DNA of 64,000 nucleotides from Candidatus Aminicenantes bacterium (GCA_026416195.1 JAOAFQ010000191.1:28719-92718); one strand, 5' to 3'; shown: positions 10,801 through 20,930, counted from the stretch's first letter. Notes: generated by a model not told the origin, from the sequence alone. Numbers and translations: made by a program.

Positions 10801-11300
10801 ATAAAATTGATGAAGAAAGTAAAAAACAGTTTTTGCAGGCTCTAGATCGAGTTAACCGTCACTTTCAAGACGTTTTTACTTTTCTTTTCCGGGGCGGAGT
10901 AGCTGAAATCCGCCTCACTAACCCTGAAAATCCTTTAGAAAGTGGAGCTGAAATTTTTGCTCAACCCCCAGGGAAAAAGCTTCAAAATATCAGCCTTCTC
11001 TCTGGCGGAGAAAAAAGTTTGACCTCCTTGGCCTTTCTTTTCGCCCTTTTCCGGACTCGACCGACACCCTTCTGTATCCTTGATGAGGTTGATGCCGCCC
11101 TTGACGAAAATAATATTTCTCGTTTTCTTGATCTTATGCAAGAAATGAAAGAAACAACTCAATTCATTATAGTCACCCATAATTATAAAACCATGGAAGT
11201 AGCTGATTATATTTATGGAACTACAATGGAAGAACCTAATGTCACTCGCCTTTATTCAGTGCGTCTTGAAAAGAAACAGGAGGTACCTACTCTTTCATGA
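7824..11300 (+). CDS. smc: Chromosome segregation protein SMC
   Basis: GFKSF, Walker A GPNGTGKSN, long coiled coils around a hinge, LSGGEK signature, FCILDEVDAALD. Confidence 0.96.
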   Translation: MIIKKLEIHGFKSFPDRTKIIFHPGITAIVGPNGTGKSNIIDAILWVLGGQRQKALRGEKTEDIIFNGNNNRPALSLAEVIMTLEEGPEELVISHRLFRSGESEYRLNGKPVRLRDIQETLWKREVAEKDYYIIEQGSIGLLLTSKPQEKRQLLEEAAGTAFYKEKKKQAQHKLEDTEQNLTRLEDIIAEVARTKNSLARQAAAARRYRQLREKIRQLRSLLFLKKLNQLEEKKQEIFLAYQASLDLENQCLAKIKAAEKEISFIRQKLWTTGPQLDQVREELHSLEKYRQKLEATKETKKLEFLEERKKQALEEIRQLEEEKNVLDQELTLLKTVETELEENLREKHQMFNQVKRDWEESDQRRRQMTIQLQQLRDNHLQKVANLTEKKNMLSRWEKEFELSWKQENKLITQKEKAAQQLQSIKDKMDKMRTQIEAIQKEKKLVENEIEKTQQEIELLKKELDKTRVEEREKLKRKEALIYEIETLNKIREKSTSQLGFELPGSWGRLLDLLSAEPGFGHLLDVFLGEATQATVIPAETLLSEELPEIKGLIFVLPSSREKIKPEWPDHPEIIGWLKDNLHPHGLLASRWSEFPDALVVQNLKTAIDLWLKYPELNFVTLKGEILLANGLLRAPKRANGLFALKEEEQKRHQELLKIEEELKPLEAKIMELTKNVKQMETFIEEKRQRETILETKLKEMDREIARLRMEEDQLIQNHNLFENELEFLLQEKKRIETELNLFKIQINSLVEEEIFIRDKITALEKILEEEEQKFNFQTHQVMELKAQVEIEETKRNHLRRQIEALEQRKSHLAQKIQTLTTQVESLEKEEKEVRQTLKALAEEIKSISSKIEKKQEEVTILENQYHQLRQEDELKEKEMAELRIAYENQKDERMKHEIARTQVERDLANLAENCWQELRKTLEELKADSPQKEMFSGEIEAELAKAEEELQKFKAVNLMAEEEYQQQKERYNFLLAQRNDLRESIEATKKAIDKIDEESKKQFLQALDRVNRHFQDVFTFLFRGGVAEIRLTNPENPLESGAEIFAQPPGKKLQNISLLSGGEKSLTSLAFLFALFRTRPTPFCILDEVDAALDENNISRFLDLMQEMKETTQFIIVTHNYKTMEVADYIYGTTMEEPNVTRLYSVRLEKKQEVPTLS

Positions 11301-12784
11301 AAGTTCAGTTATTTGTTCCGCCGGCTGGTTATTTAGCAGAACGCTGGTCAAAAGGAACTTTAATGCCCCCTTTAGGAATTCTTTATATTGCTGCTGTTTT
11401 GGAAAAAGCAGGAATAGCAGTTGAGGTTATTCCAGCCGATCTGCTTAATTTAAGCTGGCGGGAAATCGGCCAAAAAATTGAAACAGGTCAGGCTGATATT
11501 ATCGGGGTAACTTCGACTACTGAAAATCGTTTCCAAAGTTTTAAGCTTTTACAAGTGGCTCGATGGGCCAATCCCAAGGCTATAACCGTTCTTGGTGGCC
11601 CTCACGCTTCAATGGCCGCTGAAGATGCTTTGACCCATTTTCCTGAAATTGACGTGGTTGTCCGGGGTGAAGGCGAATTAACCATGTTAGAAATCTGCCG
11701 GGCCCTTCAAGAAAAGAAAAACCTTGAAAATTTGAGGCCAGTCGCTGGCATTTCATTTCGCCTTAATGGCCAGATAATTACTAATCCTCTTCGGCCTTTT
11801 ATTGCAGACCTTGATGCTCTTCCCTATCCAGCTTTCCATCTTGTCCCCTTTGAAAAATACAATTTCCGAATTGAAGTTCCTGGAAAAGGCCGTCTCCCGG
11901 CAGTTAATTTAATGACCTCTAGAGGATGTCCTTTTAGTTGCAATTTTTGTGCTACTCCTATCAACTGGGGCCGACATGTTCGGGTCAGATCCCCATTAAA
12001 TGTAATTGAAGAAATTGAATTTCTAATTGAAAAATATGGAGCCCAAGTAATTTATTTTTATGATGATACCTTTAACTTGAGTCAGCGTCGGGTCGAAGAA
12101 ATCACAGAGTTAATGATTGAAAGAAAATTACCCATCTATTGGTGTTGCGAAGTAAGAATCGATCTTATGACTAAGGCCCTATTAGCTCGGATGAAAGAGG
12201 CTGGCCTTTTTCAAATTTCCTTCGGCTTAGAAGCTGGCTCAGAAAGGATAAGAAATGAAATCATAAACAAAAAAATAAATATTAGAGATTTTCACAATTT
12301 AGTAGCTTGGTGCCAAGAATTAGAAATTATTCCTAGTGTTTTTTTTATTTTTAGTCATCCGACAGAAACTTGGGAAGAAGCCCAAGAAACCATAAAAATT
12401 ATTGAAACCTATCGAGAGCAGATAGAAGCCACAGTCGCTATTTTACATATTTATCCAGGAACTCCTTTGGAAAAAATGGCTCGAGAAAAAGGAATTCTGC
12501 CAGCTAATTTTACTTGGAGTAAAAAACATCTTCCTGGAGTTATCACTCTACCCACCGCTCAAGGAGATGTTCCTCTCTACGTTGATCAGCTTACCTGGGC
12601 CCAAATTTCTGAGCTTCTTTTTCGCTGGTCGATGAGCGGCGGCCGTATTTCTCTCTGGCGAAAAGCGATCAATTCATTTAAAAATATAAGGTGCTTTGCA
12701 GATTTTAAGCGTTATGTTATCATGGCGCTCGTTTTTCTCAGGTTGAAATTGAGGTCAATTTGGGAAAAGCCAAGAAATAAATGA
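11297..12784 (+). CDS. B12-binding domain radical SAM protein
   Basis: PPLGILYIAA, GGPHAS, VVRGEGE, TSRGCPFSCNFC. Confidence 0.9.
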   Translation: MKVQLFVPPAGYLAERWSKGTLMPPLGILYIAAVLEKAGIAVEVIPADLLNLSWREIGQKIETGQADIIGVTSTTENRFQSFKLLQVARWANPKAITVLGGPHASMAAEDALTHFPEIDVVVRGEGELTMLEICRALQEKKNLENLRPVAGISFRLNGQIITNPLRPFIADLDALPYPAFHLVPFEKYNFRIEVPGKGRLPAVNLMTSRGCPFSCNFCATPINWGRHVRVRSPLNVIEEIEFLIEKYGAQVIYFYDDTFNLSQRRVEEITELMIERKLPIYWCCEVRIDLMTKALLARMKEAGLFQISFGLEAGSERIRNEIINKKINIRDFHNLVAWCQELEIIPSVFFIFSHPTETWEEAQETIKIIETYREQIEATVAILHIYPGTPLEKMAREKGILPANFTWSKKHLPGVITLPTAQGDVPLYVDQLTWAQISELLFRWSMSGGRISLWRKAINSFKNIRCFADFKRYVIMALVFLRLKLRSIWEKPRNK

Positions 12785-12797
12785 AAAGGAGGGCTTA

Positions 12798-14270
12798 ATG
12801 CATACCTATCTTTACATCATCCTGGCTTATCTGCTGGTACTTACGGTCATTAATTTTATTCGATCCAAGAGAATCAAGAGCCAAGAAGATTTTATGGTGG
12901 CTGGCCGAAAACTCAAAACTTCAGTTATGGTCTTTACCCTCATTTGTACTTGGATTGGATCTGGGACATTTATTGCCGGCGCAGAATTCGCTTCCAAAGC
13001 TGGTTTTTCAGCTCTTTGGTTAGCCGCGGGCGCTTGGGTCGGAATAATTGTGATTTATTTTCTCGCTGGAAAAATCCAAACCTTCGGCCAATATACTATT
13101 GGCGATATTTTAGAAACTCGATATGGCCCGGCCGCCCGACTAATTGGAGCAATTGCCTTAATAATTTCTTTCATAGCCATTGTTTCTTACCAATTTGTCG
13201 CTGGTGGATTTATTTTAAACGTGACCACGGACGGAGCAATTCCGGATTCGGTTGGAACCATTATCGCGGCTATTTTTGTCATTTTGTTTACCGCTCTTGG
13301 AGGTATGGTGGCTGTTGCTTATACTGATTTGCCTAACGGCATCATCATCTTACTGGCTTGTTTACTTTCAGTTCCCTTTGTCTATGTGGCTGCTGGAGGT
13401 TTGAGCACAGCCACACAAGTTCTTCCTCCGGGCTATTTTGCTGTAGTCAATGAACAATTTGGGGCTCATCCTACCCTAAAAGTCGGGGGATATTTCCTTT
13501 CCACTCTGCTCCTTCTTATGGGCGTCCAAAGCATGTATCAGAAATTTTATAGCGCCCGAACTCCCAAAGATGCTAAAAAAGCGGTTATCCTTTGGACAAT
13601 TGGAACTATTTTCGTTGAAACGGTGGTGGTGGTCATAGCAGTCTTTGCCTACAGCAAGTTTAAAGATCAGCTAGATCTTTCCATTCCGAAGGAAGGGGGT
13701 AAGGTTGTTTTGATGGCGGCCAGAAATTTAGTGCCTGCCCCAGTCGGAGTCCTCTTGCTTGGGGCAGCTTGCGCGGTTGTCATTAGTACCGGCATGAATT
13801 ATCTCCTTTCGCCTTCCACCACGATCATGCGCGATATTTATCAGCGCTTCTTCAAGAAAGAGGCTGATCAAAAAACCATGGTGGCTCTACAAAAGACATT
13901 TGTGACCATCCTAGGGGTCATTGCTTTCCTTTTGGCTACTAGATTAAAGTCAGTCCTTGAAATGAGTTACTTCGCTTACACCATTTATGGGGTAGCAATA
14001 ACTCCCGCCCTTGTAGCTGCTTTGGCTTGGAAAAGGGCTACGAAAGCTGGCGGTTTGGCTTCCATTGCTTCAGGAACAATTGTCTGTATTGTCCTTAAAG
14101 TCTTGGCTGAAGTTTTGCCTCCAGAAAAAGTTCCGGAAGGCGATCCTTGGGGAATTCCGTTGATTTACCCGGCTTTCGCCGCTTCCTTAATCACGCTGAT
14201 TGTGGTCAGTCTACTGACTAAAAAGCCTAAACCAGAGGAACTAGAAAAGTTTTTCCCCAATAAAAAATAA
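12798..14270 (+). CDS. Sodium:solute symporter family protein
   Basis: DFMVAGR, many TM helices, GGMVAVAYTD, RDIYQR motifs. Confidence 0.9.
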   Translation: MHTYLYIILAYLLVLTVINFIRSKRIKSQEDFMVAGRKLKTSVMVFTLICTWIGSGTFIAGAEFASKAGFSALWLAAGAWVGIIVIYFLAGKIQTFGQYTIGDILETRYGPAARLIGAIALIISFIAIVSYQFVAGGFILNVTTDGAIPDSVGTIIAAIFVILFTALGGMVAVAYTDLPNGIIILLACLLSVPFVYVAAGGLSTATQVLPPGYFAVVNEQFGAHPTLKVGGYFLSTLLLLMGVQSMYQKFYSARTPKDAKKAVILWTIGTIFVETVVVVIAVFAYSKFKDQLDLSIPKEGGKVVLMAARNLVPAPVGVLLLGAACAVVISTGMNYLLSPSTTIMRDIYQRFFKKEADQKTMVALQKTFVTILGVIAFLLATRLKSVLEMSYFAYTIYGVAITPALVAALAWKRATKAGGLASIASGTIVCIVLKVLAEVLPPEKVPEGDPWGIPLIYPAFAASLITLIVVSLLTKKPKPEELEKFFPNKK

Positions 14271-14272
14271 AG

Positions 14273-15307
14273 ATGATTACTGGTTTAGTTCGCGATTGGC
14301 GTTATTTGAATCATGAAATGGGGCCTTATCATGTCGAAAGTCCAGCTCGTCTCGAAGTTATCTATCGGATGATTGAAGAAGAGCCGGACCTGGCTAATCT
14401 AGTTTTAATTGAACCTAGAGAAGCGAAGGAAGATGAAATTGCTCTGATTCATTATCCAAGTTATATTGACCGTTTAAAAGAGACCAAAGGAAAACCTAGA
14501 GTTATCCTTGATCCAGACACTTCTACCTGTGCCCTCTCTTATGAAACCGCTCTTTTAGCTGTCGGCGGAGTTTTGGAAGCTGCTCGAGCTATCATGGAAA
14601 AAAGAATAGATAATGCCTTTGCTTTAGTTCGTCCTCCTGGCCATCATGCCGAGGCTTCAAGAGCCATGGGTTTCTGTCTCTTCAATAATGTAGCTATTGC
14701 CGCCCGATGGCTAAGACAACAATATGGTTTGGAAAGAATTTTAATAATTGATTGGGATCTGCATCATGGTAATGGAACCCAGCATGCCTTTTATCGAGAA
14801 AAGGAAGTTCTCTATTTTTCCACCCATCAATTTCCTTACTATCCAGGAACTGGCTCCTGGGAAGAAGTTGGCGAGGGGGAGGGTCTCGGTTTTACATTTA
14901 ATGTTCCCCTTTCTCCTGGCAAAGGAGATGCTGATTTTCTTTTTATTTTTAAAGAAATTCTTGGCCCTATCGTCGACATTTATCAGCCTCAGTTTATTTT
15001 AGTTTCAGCTGGCTTTGATATTTATTCTGGAGACCCTTTGGGCGGGATGATGGTCACAGGCGTTGGTTTTGCAGCTTTGGCGGGCCTATTATTGGAAATG
15101 GCTAGAAAAATCTGTGACAGTCGCTTGCTTTTAGTTCTGGAAGGTGGTTATAGTCTTGAGGGCTTGCGGAGCGGTGTCAAAGAAATTCTTTTCCAGCTCT
15201 CTGGCCTCAAAGAGCCGCCCGAAATTGAGCCGGTTATTTCGGCCTTAACCAAAAAAGAGCTTGAGCCGGCTTTTAAAAATTTGAGGCAATATTGGCTAAA
15301 AACCTAA
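14273..15307 (+). CDS. Histone deacetylase/acetoin utilization AcuC-like deacetylase
   Basis: RPPGHHA, GFCLFNN, DWDLHHGNGTQ, SAGFD, LEGGY. Confidence 0.93.
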   Translation: MITGLVRDWRYLNHEMGPYHVESPARLEVIYRMIEEEPDLANLVLIEPREAKEDEIALIHYPSYIDRLKETKGKPRVILDPDTSTCALSYETALLAVGGVLEAARAIMEKRIDNAFALVRPPGHHAEASRAMGFCLFNNVAIAARWLRQQYGLERILIIDWDLHHGNGTQHAFYREKEVLYFSTHQFPYYPGTGSWEEVGEGEGLGFTFNVPLSPGKGDADFLFIFKEILGPIVDIYQPQFILVSAGFDIYSGDPLGGMMVTGVGFAALAGLLLEMARKICDSRLLLVLEGGYSLEGLRSGVKEILFQLSGLKEPPEIEPVISALTKKELEPAFKNLRQYWLKT

Positions 15308-15329
15308 TTAGGACCCTCTTTGGAAAAAA

Positions 15330-17705
15330 TTAATCGTTATGTTCTTCAACCGCTTTTGAAGTTCCATAATAATCAAATATGAGAAGATGGTCTTGGCGAG
15401 TACAATAGCGCTGAGGTTCAGTGCCAGGAAAAAAAACTTCCTTTAAAGGCCAAAGACAGTTAGGCGTAGCTAAAAATCCTGTTTTCCGATCAATAGTGAT
15501 AAAATGCAAGTTGGGTGGAACTTCAAAATCCTCATAAATAAAATCAGTACCATTGTCTTTGGCTCTCTTTTTCTCGTCTTCAATAACTTTTTTAAAAAAA
15601 TCTATCCAAACGGGCAGAGCCGCAACTGCCCCGGCCATTCGATCACCAATACTCACTTTCGTATCATAACCTATCCAGACCCCAGCACAGAGGGACGGCG
15701 AAAAGCCAATAAACCAGGCGTCTGTAAAATCATCGGTTGTCCCTGTTTTCCCAGCTAAAGCTTTATCGTTTAAGAGAGATGAGGCAGCCTCAGCTGTTCC
15801 TCTTTCAATGACTCCCTTTAAAAGGTACGTCATCATATAAGCCAGCTGTGGCGAGATTACAGTTTCGCTTTCAGGCTGATTTTCTTCAAGGATATTACCC
15901 TGCTTGTCCTCAATTCTTCGAATAAAATAGGGTTTTGCCCTCAACCCTTTGTTGGGAAAAACCGTATAGGCTGAAACCAATTCAAGTAAACTTATTTCGA
16001 AGGCTCCCAAGGAAAGAGAAAGATAAGGATAGATGGGCGAGGTTATTCCAAATTTCCGGCAATATTCAACCCCCAGCTGAGGCGAAATATAATCAAGAAG
16101 CTTGGCCGTGACCACATTCCTTGATTCTTCTATACCTATTCTTAGCGTGACCGCTCCTTTGTATTTTCGATCATAATTTCGGGGGGTCCAAGGTTGGCCT
16201 GTCCAGCGATCAGTAAAAGTAACGGGTTCATCAATGATTTGGCTAGCTGGTGTAAACCCTTTTTCCAGAGCGGCTACATAAAGAATGGGCTTGATGGCTG
16301 AACCCACTTGACGCAAAGCCTGAGTTGCCCGATTAAATTTGCTACGATTGAAAGAATATCCACCGACCATGGATTTGATTTCACCCGTATGAGGGTCAAT
16401 AGCTAAAAAGGCACCTTCGATTAACGGTTCTTGGTCAAGAGAAACCAAAACTTTTTTGCCTATCTCATCCACTTCATTTATTCGAACTTGAATTACATCG
16501 CCCGGTTGAATAAGCTTTTCTAAATTATCTGTTCTTGTCCAAGCAATGTCTTTATTCGTCAACCACCCCTCATAATCCCTAATTCTAATCGTCGCTTCTT
16601 GCTTCATCACTGACAGAACAATCGCTTGAACGATATCTCCCGGCTTTAAGGGGGCAAGACGCCAACTTGGCAACCAGACCTTTTTAAGATCTTGATTGCC
16701 TTCTTGAAGGAGATTTCTTTTATCTTTTCGCCAACCTTTCAATTTGTCAATTTCCCTTAAACGTTTAAGTAGGGCTTCTTCAGCCCAGCTTTGCATTACC
16801 GGATTGAGGGTTGTATAAATTTTTAAACCAGACCGATAAAGAAGATCAGCCCCATATTTCTTTTCGACATATTTTCTGACTTCCTCGAAAAAATAGGCGC
16901 CAAACTCAGAGCTTTGACGATGAAGGGGCAAGACTTCTATAGGTTTCTTTTTTGCTTCTTCGGCTTCTTCTTTAGAAATAAAACCTTCTTCAGCCATTCT
17001 ATTAAGCACATGGTTCCTTCTTCTTAAAGTAACCTCAGGATTAGTATAGGGAGAGTAAACCTCTGGACCACGGAAAATGCCGGCGATTAAGGCTGCTTCC
17101 TCTAAGGTCAAATCAGAAACCCTTTTGCCAAAAAAAAGATTGGCCGCGGTTTCCACTCCATAAACTCCGTGGCCCAGATAGCATTGATTGCAATACATCT
17201 CAAAAATTTTTTCCTTGGAATATCGTCTCTCAATTTGAAGTGCTAGATAGGTCTCCTTTAGTTTTCGGCCTAGCGTCTGCTGGCTATAAAGAAAAAGCTG
17301 CCTGGCTAGCTGTTGAGTTATCGTACTTCCTCCTTGGAGACGGCGAACTCGTCCTTGCTTCAAATTAGTCCAGAGCGCTCTCAAAATGCCCCGAAAATCT
17401 ACTCCATGGTGTCGGAAAAAGCGCGGATCTTCTGTGGCTACTATGGCCTGTTTTAAAACCAAAGGAATTTTATCATAAGAAATTTCAATCCGACGCTCAA
17501 TCGCGAATTCTTTAATCGCTGTACCATCATCGGCCAAAACCGTCGTTATAATATTAGGTTCAAAGTGCTCAAGTTCAGCGACATCAGGTAAGTTAATTTT
17601 GATGGCCCGAAAAATCCCAACTATCCCTCCAGCTAAAATAGAAAAACTAAAAAAAATTAAAATTAGCCAAAGCCGCCTGGTCTTTCTTTGGCTTTTTTTC
17701 CTCAT
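15330..17705 (-). CDS. Penicillin-binding protein 1A (bifunctional transglycosylase/transpeptidase)
   Basis: EDPRFFRHHGVD, QGGSTITQQL, SAIKP (SxxK), SRN (SxN), KTGT. Confidence 0.94.
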   Translation of the reverse strand: MRKKSQRKTRRLWLILIFFSFSILAGGIVGIFRAIKINLPDVAELEHFEPNIITTVLADDGTAIKEFAIERRIEISYDKIPLVLKQAIVATEDPRFFRHHGVDFRGILRALWTNLKQGRVRRLQGGSTITQQLARQLFLYSQQTLGRKLKETYLALQIERRYSKEKIFEMYCNQCYLGHGVYGVETAANLFFGKRVSDLTLEEAALIAGIFRGPEVYSPYTNPEVTLRRRNHVLNRMAEEGFISKEEAEEAKKKPIEVLPLHRQSSEFGAYFFEEVRKYVEKKYGADLLYRSGLKIYTTLNPVMQSWAEEALLKRLREIDKLKGWRKDKRNLLQEGNQDLKKVWLPSWRLAPLKPGDIVQAIVLSVMKQEATIRIRDYEGWLTNKDIAWTRTDNLEKLIQPGDVIQVRINEVDEIGKKVLVSLDQEPLIEGAFLAIDPHTGEIKSMVGGYSFNRSKFNRATQALRQVGSAIKPILYVAALEKGFTPASQIIDEPVTFTDRWTGQPWTPRNYDRKYKGAVTLRIGIEESRNVVTAKLLDYISPQLGVEYCRKFGITSPIYPYLSLSLGAFEISLLELVSAYTVFPNKGLRAKPYFIRRIEDKQGNILEENQPESETVISPQLAYMMTYLLKGVIERGTAEAASSLLNDKALAGKTGTTDDFTDAWFIGFSPSLCAGVWIGYDTKVSIGDRMAGAVAALPVWIDFFKKVIEDEKKRAKDNGTDFIYEDFEVPPNLHFITIDRKTGFLATPNCLWPLKEVFFPGTEPQRYCTRQDHLLIFDYYGTSKAVEEHND

Positions 17706-17768
17706 TCTTCCTTTTAATTATTTATTTCTCCAAATCTTATCAAAAAATCCGGTTAATTTCGAGAAGGG

Positions 17769-18401
17769 TTAGGAAAGGAGCTTTTTCTTTTTCAAAAGGG
17801 CGATAACTCGATTAAAAATTAACTCCCCTATTTGGGGTTTGCTTTGAGTCGCGTCTAGATGATAAAAATTACGTCCCTTCAAACTCTGAAAAATTTCCGC
17901 CACTTTCTCGAGATATCTTTCCTGCTCAAAGAGAATATCTTTCTTTCGCCGATGGCTAATTCGGCTCAATCCCTCAGAAGCTGAAAGATGGAGAATAAAG
18001 ACAGCATCCGGTTTAGGAGCAAAGGCCTCATTAATTTTTCGAATATAAAGCGGATCAATTCCCCGGGCTCCTTGATAAGCCATCGTCGAAAAATAATAGC
18101 GATCAAGAATGACAATTTTTTTTTGGTTAAGAGCCGGTAAAATATGCCGCTTTACATTATCTTCCCGGTCTCGAAGAAAAAGCTCAAGTTCCTCCTGCGG
18201 ATCAAGGCTGATCTTGGATCGAGCCATAGCTCTGATTTTTCTCCCCCACCGACTTCTGGTCGGTTCCCTGAGAGTAATTACGGACAGGCCTAATTTCTTT
18301 AACTTTCGAGCTAAAAACCTAGCCTGAGTTGTTTTCCCTGAGCCATCAATTCCTTCAATCACAATGAGAAGGCCCCGTTTTTCTCTCACCTTTTTCTCCA
18401 A
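17769..18401 (-). CDS. tmk: Thymidylate kinase
   Basis: IEGIDGSGKTTQ, REP, DRYYFSTMAYQG; exact start uncertain. Confidence 0.93.
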   Translation of the reverse strand: MEKKVREKRGLLIVIEGIDGSGKTTQARFLARKLKKLGLSVITLREPTRSRWGRKIRAMARSKISLDPQEELELFLRDREDNVKRHILPALNQKKIVILDRYYFSTMAYQGARGIDPLYIRKINEAFAPKPDAVFILHLSASEGLSRISHRRKKDILFEQERYLEKVAEIFQSLKGRNFYHLDATQSKPQIGELIFNRVIALLKKKKLLS

Positions 18402-18589
18402 TCATAGAAATTCTTTTTCGCCATCTTAATGATTTAAAAAGATTCTTGCAACTTTTCACCCATTAAAACGGTTTTTTTTGAATAAGGAAAGAAATTATTT
18501 GTTAATTAAAATCGATCACTTATTAAGTTAATAATTTGTCTTTTAACTTTCCCTGTGATAATTTAATTATTACTAGGAGGTATAAAGGA

Positions 18590-20080
18590 ATGAAAAAGTA
18601 CTTGTGGATTGGTGGCACAGGATTCATCTTAGGACTTCTAGTGGCTGGTCTGATTTTGATTCAGCCTAATGATCAGACTAGGATAAAGGCGAAAGCCGAA
18701 CCTTCTAGCGGCTCCTTTAGTCTCAATAATCATCTATTTGCCTCTCCTATGCCTGAAGCAACAACCTCCTTCGATTTTGCTCGCATTGCTGAAAAGGTCG
18801 GTCCAGCAGTGGTAAAAATTGTTTGTGAACGCCTCGAAAAGGTAAGAAGTTTTGAAGAAGAGTGGCCCTTTGATGAATTTTGGGATCGCTTCTTTGGTCT
18901 TCCTCGAAGACAACCTCGGGAATATAAAACCACAGTTCAGGGCACAGGTTTTTTTATTAGTTCTGACGGTTATATTGTGACCAACAATCATCTGGTTGAA
19001 CAAGCTAATAAGATTTATGTCTATACAAGTCAAGGCGATGAATTATTGGCCAAACATATTGGTCTTGATTCTAGAACAGACCTAGCTTTGATTAAAGTTG
19101 ATGGCAAGAATTTCCCCTATGTGGAGATGGGCGATTCAGCCCAAATTAGAGTCGGCGAATGGGTTCTAGCCATTGGCAATCCTTGGGGTTTAGAGCATAC
19201 GGTAACCGCCGGGATAATCAGCGCCAAGGGGCGTCAATTAGGAACTTCTCAGCCGATTTATCAGGATTTTATTCAAACTGATGCGGCTATTAATCGAGGT
19301 AATTCGGGTGGGCCACTGGTCAATTTAAAAGGGGAAGTTATTGGAATTACTAGCAACATTTTTTCCCCCACAGGAGCTTATGCCGGCATAGGGTTTGCCA
19401 TCCCTTCCAATCTGGCCAAGAAAATTGTGGCTCAATTGAAAGAAAGGGGCCGAGTTATCCGGGGATATCTGGGCATTACTCCGGCCGCTGTCAATGAAGA
19501 ATTTAAACAAGTTCTTAAGCTAAAATCAAAAGAAGGAGCGGTGGTCACTTCAGTTGAGCCTGACAGTCCAGCTGATAAAGCCGGTCTGAAACAATATGAC
19601 GTGATTGTGGAAGTTAATGGGCAAAAGGTTAAAGACGATATGGATCTTCGCTTTAAGGTGGCTGAAATCGCTCCTGGCTCCAAGGCAACCCTTAAAATTA
19701 TCCGGGATGGAAAAGAAATGACTTTAAATGTCGAAATTGGCGAGTTACCTGAAGAAGAACCACCCCAAACCCCTGAATCTGGACCTGAAGATCTGGGTTT
19801 AACTGTAACCACTCTTACCCCGCGAATTGCCCGCTCTTACGGATTAAAAACGCAGGAAGGTGTCTTGGTAACTCAGGTTAATCCATATAGTGAGGCCGCC
19901 CGTAAAGGAGTTCAACCTGGTGATGTAATTCTTGAAGTCAATCGAACTAAAGTTACCACTGCAAGAGACTTTCAACAAATTCTACGAAGGTTTAAATCAG
20001 GGGATCCAATCATTCTCTTAATAAGAAGAGAACAAGAAGGATTAAGCCGTGATTTTATTGTTACATTAAGGATGCCGTAA
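18590..20080 (+). CDS. degP: DegP/HtrA serine endoprotease with two PDZ domains
   Basis: TNNH, DLAL, IQTDAAINRGNSGGPL; ATG at 18590 after AGGAGG preferred over TTG at 18536. Confidence 0.92.
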   Translation: MKKYLWIGGTGFILGLLVAGLILIQPNDQTRIKAKAEPSSGSFSLNNHLFASPMPEATTSFDFARIAEKVGPAVVKIVCERLEKVRSFEEEWPFDEFWDRFFGLPRRQPREYKTTVQGTGFFISSDGYIVTNNHLVEQANKIYVYTSQGDELLAKHIGLDSRTDLALIKVDGKNFPYVEMGDSAQIRVGEWVLAIGNPWGLEHTVTAGIISAKGRQLGTSQPIYQDFIQTDAAINRGNSGGPLVNLKGEVIGITSNIFSPTGAYAGIGFAIPSNLAKKIVAQLKERGRVIRGYLGITPAAVNEEFKQVLKLKSKEGAVVTSVEPDSPADKAGLKQYDVIVEVNGQKVKDDMDLRFKVAEIAPGSKATLKIIRDGKEMTLNVEIGELPEEEPPQTPESGPEDLGLTVTTLTPRIARSYGLKTQEGVLVTQVNPYSEAARKGVQPGDVILEVNRTKVTTARDFQQILRRFKSGDPIILLIRREQEGLSRDFIVTLRMP

Positions 20081-20081
20081 G

Positions 20082-20930
20082 GTGAAATTTACCAAGCTAC
20101 ATTCCCTTGGTAACGACTTTCTGGTTATTGACCACGAAGATTTGAGCTTAAGCGGTGATTTAAGTCAGTTTGCCCGTCAAGCCTGTGACCGCCATCTTGG
20201 CGTCGGCGCTGATGGCTTAATCATTATTACTATTCGCCAGGTGGAAGAAGGAGTGGTGCATTTTCGGATTTTTAATGCAGATGGGACTGAGCCAGAAATT
20301 TCGGGCAATGGTCTTCGGTGTGCAGCTGCTTCTCTTTATTATCATCAAAAAATAAATACTCCCCGCATTCTCTTCCTGACCTCAGCTGGCGAAAGGGAAA
20401 GCACCCTTATTGAGGCTTCGCTCTCTCGTTATACCATTCGGATCGATATGGGTACCCCAAAGCTGACCTCCCGGGACATTCCCTTTGATGACGGCTCTTA
20501 TCATGAGAAAATCATAGATTATCCTCTTTCGATCAATCGAAAAATTTACCCCGTCACTGTGGTTTCAGTTGGGAATCCCCATTGTGCCATTTTTGTTGAT
20601 CGCTTTCCGGCTCGAATTGAATGGCATCAGCTTGGCCGCGAAATCGAATCTCATCCCTTCTTCCCCAACAGGGTCAATATTGAATTTATTCGAGTTTTAA
20701 ACCGGCATGAAATTGAAGTTCTCTTCTGGGAAAGAGGAGTAGGTGAAACCCTCTCCTCTGGAAGCGGCTCAACAGCAGCGGCTGTCGCTTCTATTCTTAA
20801 AGGTCTCACGGATAATCTGGTAACAGTTAGAACCAGTATGGGTTCTGTCCTTGTCGAATGGCAAGGTCAAAAAGTTTATCAAACTGGACCAGCCCAAGTT
20901 GTCTTTGAAGGCCGGCTGATTAACCTATAA
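20082..20930 (+). CDS. dapF: Diaminopimelate epimerase
   Basis: FTKLHSLGNDF, GADG, FNADG.EPEISGNGLRC, GNPH, ERGVGETLSSGSG (both catalytic Cys positions read as Ser). Confidence 0.85.
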   Translation: MKFTKLHSLGNDFLVIDHEDLSLSGDLSQFARQACDRHLGVGADGLIIITIRQVEEGVVHFRIFNADGTEPEISGNGLRCAAASLYYHQKINTPRILFLTSAGERESTLIEASLSRYTIRIDMGTPKLTSRDIPFDDGSYHEKIIDYPLSINRKIYPVTVVSVGNPHCAIFVDRFPARIEWHQLGREIESHPFFPNRVNIEFIRVLNRHEIEVLFWERGVGETLSSGSGSTAAAVASILKGLTDNLVTVRTSMGSVLVEWQGQKVYQTGPAQVVFEGRLINL

